Numbered from the stretch's first letter, positions 1 to 5,124 are shown. The stretch: 9,046 nucleotides of DNA from Promethearchaeota archaeon (GCA_048939465.1 JBHLPL010000080.1:1-9046), one strand, 5' to 3'. A program made the numbers and translations. Notes: a model not told the origin generated them from the letters alone.

Positions 1-88
1 GTTTGTTTAGATCGATGCGATCTTCAAGAGTAACAGACGCCACGACATTTTCTACCTTATAATTTATATCCCGTTTATTACTTTCCAT
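1..88 (-). CDS. tbp: TATA-box-binding protein, N-terminal fragment (continues beyond the left edge)
   Basis: Hand translation from ATG at 88-86 gives MESNKRDINYKVENVVASVTLEDRIDLNK, matching the TBP repeat-1 start motif (I/V)ENVVAS..L...IDL. SD-like AGAGGT at 105-100; an in-frame TTG at 94 is an alternative start. Confidence 0.9.
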   Translation of the reverse strand, partial: MESNKRDINYKVENVVASVTLEDRIDLNK

Positions 89-188
89 AATCAAACTCAA
101 CCTCTAACTAGTTTGAAGGGATTTGCCATAAATCTATGGATTCTATAACGCAGAAACCATGATCGAACAGATTCTAATTGACTCTCAT

Positions 189-206
189 ATTATATAATCC
201 TTTATC
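189..206 (-). promoter_or_regulatory. BRE-TATA promoter, most likely for tbp
   Basis: The minus strand reads GATAAAGGA-TTATATAAT: a purine-rich BRE-like segment followed by a TATA box. The TATA (ATTATATAAT, 189-198) is a perfect palindrome. Confidence 0.55.
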
Positions 207-237
207 TATCCTTCGCAAGAAGACTCTAGGTGGATTC

Positions 238-516
238 ATGCGGATGAGTCGTGACGCGTTCAAGTACTCTCTAGGGCAATCATGGCTGAGACCTGTTACC
301 TAGAGGGCTAGGAAGGCCATCATAGCCAAGGTTATCCATCTGACCGGGATTATGCAACAACTTCTTGATGAGGGATACGTAGATCGACAACGCCTGCAAC
401 GCGACAAGGACGCAGAAATCTATTCAGCCACCAAGCAGCAAGTCACGAGATTCTACAAAAAAGTCAAGTCAGAAGAAGAATCACCCCATCAATCAGGAAA
501 TACCTTTTGGGGGTAG
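238..516 (+). pseudogene. Amber-interrupted ORF, possible winged helix-turn-helix regulator
   Basis: ATG at 238/244 follows SD-like AGGTGG (228-233). The frame reads MRMSRDAFKYSLGQSWLRPVT*RARKAIIAKVIHLTGIMQQLLDEGYVDRQRLQRDKDAEIYSATKQQVTRFYKKVKSEEESPHQSGNTFWG* with one internal TAG at 301-303. The ...IMQQLLDEGYVDRQR...DKDAEIYSAT segment resembles a MarR/ArsR-type recognition helix plus wing (by eye only). Confidence 0.35.
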
Positions 517-663
517 AACTACAAAACGCAGGAATAGCCAGGTACTGAATAAGATCACTCCGGCGTTCTTGACTCCGTGGGGAGACGGATTGCCATCTCA
601 AAGCTTGAGGGAGCCAGCTCTTGTGAAAGCTAGGGTTGGTTCACAGCTGGTAACCTCATTTCT

Positions 664-678
664 CAAAGGCTTTAAATA
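664..678 (+). promoter_or_regulatory. BRE-TATA promoter for the eL33 fusion gene
   Basis: CAAAGGC-TTTAAATA (TATA at 671-678), nearly identical to the promoter at 5081-5093. A second candidate, TTTTAATA, lies at 728-735. Confidence 0.6.
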
Positions 679-784
679 AAACTTGCGTAATAGTTAGGAA
701 ACGAACCCCCTCACGGGAGAAGAAGCATTTTAATAGGTTAATGAGCTAGGCATTTCATGCAAAGCCGAACGGAGGAGAATATCG

Positions 785-1438
785 CTGCCCAAGAAGAAAA
801 AGAAGACTGAGTTGCACGTTCTCAAGGGCGTGGGTCCCAAAATCGCAGAAAAACTGAAGAAAGCTGGCTATGACAGCGTTGAGGCTCTGGCCAAGGTCAA
901 ACCAAGAAAACTTCAAGAGAAAGCAGGTATTGGCGAAAAGACCGCTACATCGTTGGTTTCTGGTGCCAAAGGTTATCTTGAAAAATCCAAAGAGAAAGTA
1001 GCTGAACCGAAAAAGAAGGTTGAGAAGAAGCCCCCGAAGAAAGAAAAAAGAGAGAAGAGGAAAAAACCAGAAAAGGAGAAAGTGAGGGAAAAGGAAAAGA
1101 AGAAAAAGAGAAAGAAAAAGATACCTAGAAAGAAGAAAGAAAAAGTCGAGAAAGAGGAAACTAAGGTAGAGGGAATCGTAGGAGAAGGTGTAATGCTTTC
1201 GTATAGGCGTGGTGGTGGGAGGATAATCTCTAATGTTGGACTGATATGGGTGGACGGGATTAGCACACATCGGAAGGGGGCTCAATTAATAGGTAAGAGA
1301 GTTATGCTGATCTACCCTAGTGGCACCACAATAAGAGGAAAGGTTATCTCCACACATGGGAAAGGAGGCACGCTACGCGTAAGATTCAACAAGGGCCTTG
1401 TTGGAGCAGCGATAGGAAGCAAGGTAAGGATTACCTGA
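785..1438 (+). CDS. rpl35ae: Fusion protein: tandem helix-hairpin-helix domain, Lys/Glu-rich linker and ribosomal protein eL33 (L35Ae), ~217 aa
   Basis: The C-terminal ~88 aa (GVMLSYRRG...QLIGKRV...PSG..IRGKVISTHGKGGTLRVRFNKGLVGAAIG..V.I) follow the archaeal L35Ae pattern. The N-terminus has two HhH motifs (LKGVGPKIAEKL, GIGEKTATSL). The ORF track starts at TTG 812, but the frame is open from 737 and SD GGAGGAG (771-777) sits 7 nt before CTG at 785. Confidence 0.85.
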   Translation: MPKKKKKTELHVLKGVGPKIAEKLKKAGYDSVEALAKVKPRKLQEKAGIGEKTATSLVSGAKGYLEKSKEKVAEPKKKVEKKPPKKEKREKRKKPEKEKVREKEKKKKRKKKIPRKKKEKVEKEETKVEGIVGEGVMLSYRRGGGRIISNVGLIWVDGISTHRKGAQLIGKRVMLIYPSGTTIRGKVISTHGKGGTLRVRFNKGLVGAAIGSKVRIT

Positions 1439-1463
1439 TTTGATGCAAAGCGGGTGGATGTGC

Positions 1464-1931
1464 TTGAGTGAGACTAAACCAAAACCTGAAATAGTAACAG
1501 AAATGAAGAGTATCTCTGATGAAAAATTAGAAGCCAAACCTATACACAGGAAAAGTGAGACTGTTTTGATATCGCTGGGAGGGGGTACAATGCTTGCGTG
1601 CATAGCCTTTGCTAATTACATAGAATGGGTTCCCCTCACTAGTATTCTTATTTATATATTGCCAATACTGGCAGGTCTAGTTCTTGGGATCGTTTCTCGG
1701 ACCTTTGGACAGAGTCTCGCCGTCGCATTACTCTCGATAGTAATTCATGTTCTCATCATAACCCTGATTTTCTTTTTACCTCTGATTCTGGGAACATCGG
1801 CGATTGTTGTCGACCAAGTGGTTCTTACTATATTTACCGATGTAATTGGTTTTGTAAATATGATTCGATTGATAACGTTAACGATGGCGTCGAGCTTACT
1901 TGGGTACTTAATTTTCGGTGAAGAACGCTGA
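1464..1931 (+). CDS. Hypothetical integral membrane protein (about 4 TM helices, hydrophilic N-terminus), ~155 aa
   Basis: Open frame with four long hydrophobic segments. Start placed at TTG 1464 because GGGTGGA (1452-1458) precedes it; the ORF track start is 1440. It lies directly downstream of the eL33 fusion and is probably co-transcribed. Confidence 0.75.
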   Translation: MSETKPKPEIVTEMKSISDEKLEAKPIHRKSETVLISLGGGTMLACIAFANYIEWVPLTSILIYILPILAGLVLGIVSRTFGQSLAVALLSIVIHVLIITLIFFLPLILGTSAIVVDQVVLTIFTDVIGFVNMIRLITLTMASSLLGYLIFGEER

Positions 1932-1935
1932 AGTT

Positions 1936-2418
1936 CTAGGTCACAATCCCTTCATAAACATCGGAATAGAATACGCCAACATCTTCAGCTTCGAAAAACA
2001 GGACAGACAGTCCTGCAAGGGTAATAATATACCAGTTCCATTGATCAGTGGAATTAGCCTCCAAAACAACGTCGTTTCTTTGCCCGGTAATTATGGCGTT
2101 TACCACGGTCGTCCAATTGGAACCAGGTTCGAAGTCTTGAATCGCCTGATACGTACCCACGAATACATTTATGCCATTAAGGTATAGAATAAACTGATAG
2201 AAACTCATATTGATGGGTAACGTGCCTAGATTTCTGAATGTCATAGTCACTCTCATATGCGAATTACTGCCGCTGATGCTTTCTGCGAATACTTCTGTCA
2301 CAGTCAAATCAAAACTACCCAGAGCTGAACTGACTTGCACATATTGATATGCCATGATGCTAGTGAACCCAAAAGATACTAATACTACTGAGATGAAGAA
2401 TATCGCCCGAAATCTCAT
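1936..2418 (-). CDS. Membrane-anchored exported protein, LEA_2/WHy-like beta-sandwich, 160 aa
   Basis: SD GGAGG at 2427-2423; N-terminal hydrophobic anchor; motif VTMTFRNLGTLPINMSFYQFILYLNG resembles the LEA type 2 pattern; three N-glycosylation sequons (NMS, NWT, NST). The CDS is well supported, the fold call is tentative. Confidence 0.7.
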   Translation of the reverse strand: MRFRAIFFISVVLVSFGFTSIMAYQYVQVSSALGSFDLTVTEVFAESISGSNSHMRVTMTFRNLGTLPINMSFYQFILYLNGINVFVGTYQAIQDFEPGSNWTTVVNAIITGQRNDVVLEANSTDQWNWYIITLAGLSVLFFEAEDVGVFYSDVYEGIVT

Positions 2419-2491
2419 TTATCCTCCCTCTTGGTTCTCACGATCTATCTTAGAGCAATTCGTCAAGACTTAGGAACATTTATTCCATTAG

Positions 2492-2507
2492 TTTATTAAG
2501 ATTTGCG
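2492..2507 (-). promoter_or_regulatory. Candidate TATA box for the LEA_2-like gene
   Basis: The minus strand reads CGCAAATC-TTAATAAA (TATA at 2499-2492), about 75 nt upstream of the ATG at 2418. Confidence 0.4.
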
Positions 2508-2921
2508 GTTAGTCTTTGGAATTCTCCTCAGAGATTCTTTGATTGTTTACTTGACAAAGAGAATCTTGAACTTATTGGATTTTAAGACACGGAAGAAATA
2601 AAGAATACTCTTCTGACAAGAAGATGTTTTCGTGAACCAGCCAGTTCCTGGAGAAGAATCGGATAGCTGCTCGGTCCCTGTTCGAATATTCAGCCTCAAC
2701 TGAAGGAAATACCTGAATCAGAATGAGTTGGTGATTCATCATTTGGGATTCACTCACCTACGAGAGTCTGCGTTTCTTTCTTGTCATTCGGTCTAGTTCC
2801 GGGATTGCCCTTCCAATCATTCATCTTTGCCATCTTGCTGATAACAGATTTGTGTTGGCCCCTGCCTTTTGATGGTCTCATCTGACAATCCGAATCTTTC
2901 ATACATTTAGAACAAAGATTC

Positions 2922-3008
2922 TTGTTCCATACATTGCGATAAGATTCCTTTTTGTTCCAGTCTTATCATTTCGTTCTATTCTTGTGGCTTTGTTCTATCC
3001 TGGCCATT
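2922..3008 (+). repeat. Degenerate 19-bp repeats upstream of the oppA promoter
   Basis: TTGTTCCATACATTGCGAT (2922), TTGTTCCAGTCTTATCATT (2952), TCGTTCTATTCTTGTGGCT (2971), TTGTTCTATCCTGGCCATT (2990); the last three are exactly in tandem. Confidence 0.55.
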
Positions 3009-3020
3009 AACCTTTTAAGC
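3005..3020 (+). promoter_or_regulatory. BRE-TATA promoter for oppA
   Basis: CATTAACC-TTTTAAGC (TATA at 3013-3020); SD AGGAGG at 3051-3056, 7 nt before ATG 3064. Confidence 0.6.
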
Positions 3021-3063
3021 AACCTTGGCAATAAGGGATGCCGAGTTATGAGGAGGATATGAG

Positions 3064-4965
3064 ATGAATAAAAAAGTAGGCCTCTTCCTCGGAGTATTTC
3101 TAGCGACAGCCATATTCGGTATACTTCTCCCTGCACTTCCAGTACGTGCACAACAAGAAGGTGGAATAGTCACATTCGCATGGCTGGAAGACGTAGACGA
3201 TATGAATCCATGGACAGCTGATTCGGTCTGGGAAGCATACACCCAGGCTGCGATATGGGATGCTCTATGGGACACTAATCCTGACGATATAAGTGTAGAT
3301 CCTTGGTTATGCCACACTTGGGTACAAGTAGATTTAGTGGGTATGGAGTGGGAGTGCTCTATATACGATAACGTGAAGTTCAGTGATGGGACTGATCTGG
3401 ACATAAACGACATAGTTTTTGCCTATTATTTCGCTAAATATGCAGTCACCCGAAACACCGTAATACACAATACATATGTAGACTCCTGCACGAAACTGAA
3501 CGATACTGCATTCAAGTTGGTCCTGACTGAGCCATACGCACCCTTCCCGAGAGGACTGGATCTCTTAGTAGTCAAAGCATCAGACTGGAGTAGCTATGTT
3601 GTTAACTGGGGCGGTTCAGTGGCTTCCACACCAGAACCTTGGATCATCGATAACGCGGCCCTCATCGCTGAGGATCTTCTTGGTGCCGGTGATACACTCA
3701 TTGGGACTGGCGGCTTTGAGTGGATTCAGAGGATTCCTGGGCAATTCATTGAGTTAGACGCAGTTGATGACTACTGGAATCAAGATTTCCAACCACATGT
3801 AGATAAGATAGTACTGAAAATCATCTCGAACCCAGCTGCACAACTGCTGGCTGTAAAGACAGGTGAAGTTGATGCAATGGGCTGGTGGGTGCCACCTGCT
3901 CAGGTAGCAGGTCTTCAAGACCACCCAGTGGTTGGACTTATTCAAACTCCAGACTGCGGCTACTACCACCTCTCATTCAACTTCAGATTCTGGCCAATGA
4001 ATCTGACATCCTTCAGACATGCAGTCCGTGCCATGGTTGATAACCATCAAATCGTCGATGGGTTCATGCTAGGAAATGGTATACCGGGAGGTTCCAATGT
4101 ACCTCCACTCCTGAGCTATTGGTACTACAACTACAGTCTTGACGACTATCCGTTTATGGACTGGGATGAGAACGAGACGGTGGCACGTGCTGAGCTTACA
4201 GCTGGCGGCTGGTATGATACAAACGGGAACGGGAAGTTCGACACATGGTTTAATGGCACGCACGGACCTATTTCATTCGCGACTCTCGGAAACGGAACCG
4301 AATGGCCCAGTGGCATCACGATTCTAGCACCCTCGTACGATCCTGTACGTGTCAGAGCTTGCATGATGATCACTGAAGCTTTAGATAGGCTATTCGATGT
4401 GGATTTCATACCCGAAATCCCAGACTTCAACACCCTGGTCATCAGAGCGTTCTATAGCAACACTTTCGACATGTTCATTCTAGGATACGGTCTAGGATTT
4501 GATCCTGGAACATTCCTAAAGGGTATATTCCACAGTTCGTCCTACGGATTCTTGGGTGCAGATAACTGCTTCCCGATTCTTAATGACACGCTTGACACCG
4601 CTATCGATTACTATATGAATACGACCGGTGATTCCGTGCAGAACGGAAAGACTAGACAACAATGGGGCTGGGAAGTCCAGAAAATCCTGATCGAACAAGG
4701 ACCCCAGTACGTACTGTTCTACAGGGTTAACTACCAAGCTTACAGAAAAGACCTTATAGGCGGTCTTGTTGACATGCCCAGCGGATGGCACAGCACCCAG
4801 CGTTCATTCTACAATGTCTACAGGGTAGCTGCAGTATCTGCCATTCCGACGGGTCCAGCATACACTTGGTATATCGTCGGTGGAGCCGTGGCTGTTGGTG
4901 TAATTGGTATTGCTTTGGTAGCAAGATCCAATGCAGCATTTACAGCAGAAATCAAAGAGAAGTAA
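3064..4965 (+). CDS. oppA: ABC transporter substrate-binding protein, family 5 (OppA/DppA-like), with signal peptide and C-terminal TM anchor, 633 aa
   Basis: Family-5 hallmarks: NPW, 'PWL..W...W.....NVKFSDG..L...DIVF', 'IGTGGF', and 'A.LLAVKTGEVD'. Sec-type leader ending in ...PVRA; hydrophobic tail YIVGGAVAVGVIGIALVA; located upstream of oppBCDF. Substrate is not determinable. Confidence 0.95.
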   Translation: MNKKVGLFLGVFLATAIFGILLPALPVRAQQEGGIVTFAWLEDVDDMNPWTADSVWEAYTQAAIWDALWDTNPDDISVDPWLCHTWVQVDLVGMEWECSIYDNVKFSDGTDLDINDIVFAYYFAKYAVTRNTVIHNTYVDSCTKLNDTAFKLVLTEPYAPFPRGLDLLVVKASDWSSYVVNWGGSVASTPEPWIIDNAALIAEDLLGAGDTLIGTGGFEWIQRIPGQFIELDAVDDYWNQDFQPHVDKIVLKIISNPAAQLLAVKTGEVDAMGWWVPPAQVAGLQDHPVVGLIQTPDCGYYHLSFNFRFWPMNLTSFRHAVRAMVDNHQIVDGFMLGNGIPGGSNVPPLLSYWYYNYSLDDYPFMDWDENETVARAELTAGGWYDTNGNGKFDTWFNGTHGPISFATLGNGTEWPSGITILAPSYDPVRVRACMMITEALDRLFDVDFIPEIPDFNTLVIRAFYSNTFDMFILGYGLGFDPGTFLKGIFHSSSYGFLGADNCFPILNDTLDTAIDYYMNTTGDSVQNGKTRQQWGWEVQKILIEQGPQYVLFYRVNYQAYRKDLIGGLVDMPSGWHSTQRSFYNVYRVAAVSAIPTGPAYTWYIVGGAVAVGVIGIALVARSNAAFTAEIKEK

Positions 4966-4994
4966 GGCAAACAGATAGCAAATACATATATATT

Positions 4995-5009
4995 CCCCCT
5001 TTTTTTCTT
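4995..5009 (+). terminator. Archaeal oligo-T terminator after oppA
   Basis: CCCCCTTTTTTTCTT with a 7-T run at 5000-5006, about 35 nt after the oppA stop. Confidence 0.6.
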
Positions 5010-5076
5010 ATCTTGAGATTCTGAGTCTTCTAACATCAAAAAGAAGACAATATGAACTTAAAATCTAAGTAAGAAC

Positions 5077-5093
5077 CCAAAAAGGTTTAAATA
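5077..5093 (+). promoter_or_regulatory. Internal BRE-TATA promoter for oppBCDF
   Basis: CCAAAAAGG-TTTAAATA (TATA at 5086-5093); SD GGAGGA at 5140-5145 precedes ATG 5154. Confidence 0.7.
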
Positions 5094-5094
5094 T

Positions 5095-5124
5095 TTGGAT
5101 GTATCCAGATACACAGACATCCAA
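5095..5124. promoter_or_regulatory. Candidate operator: nested inverted repeats over the predicted oppB transcription start
   Basis: TTGGATGT-N14-ACATCCAA (5095-5124) containing TGGAT-GT-ATCCA (5096-5107) and TGTATC-CA-GATACA (5100-5113). Confidence 0.55.

Noticed and set aside
606-658. SECIS-type recoding element for the upstream interrupted ORF
   Set aside because: The internal stop is TAG, not TGA, so selenocysteine insertion does not apply.
300-760. Possible SRP RNA or RNase P RNA
   Set aside because: Only partial look-alikes (helix-6-like hairpin at 606-658, GAACCCC at 703-709, ACAAAACGC at 521-529). The diagnostic SRP helix-8 motif and the RNase P GAGGAAAGUCC and 3' GGCUUA motifs are missing.
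755-1285. 176-aa and 97-aa Phe/Leu-rich minus-strand ORFs
   Set aside because: Antisense shadows of the AAG/GAA-rich linker of the eL33 fusion; the hydrophobicity is a by-product of reverse-complemented Lys/Glu codons.
1373-2187. ORFs 1373-1603 (-) and 1918-2187 (+)
   Set aside because: They overlap better-supported genes on the opposite strand and show no recognisable motif.
2572-2757. 61-aa minus-strand GTG ORF, extendable upstream to ATG 2820 through a TAG
   Set aside because: No recognisable motif and no clear promoter; not called as a CDS or as a second amber-readthrough case.
587-2809. GGATTGCC occurring twice (587-594 and 2802-2809), each in a small hairpin
   Set aside because: A single shared 8-mer is expected by chance among this many spacer positions.
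2922-3008. Mini-CRISPR or iteron interpretation of the 19-bp repeats
   Set aside because: The units are too short and degenerate, have no spacers, and no cas, rep or cdc6 gene is nearby; an operator role fits their position better.
2966-5039. Short alternative-frame and antisense ORFs over oppA
   Set aside because: Shadows of a long, motif-rich CDS with no independent support.
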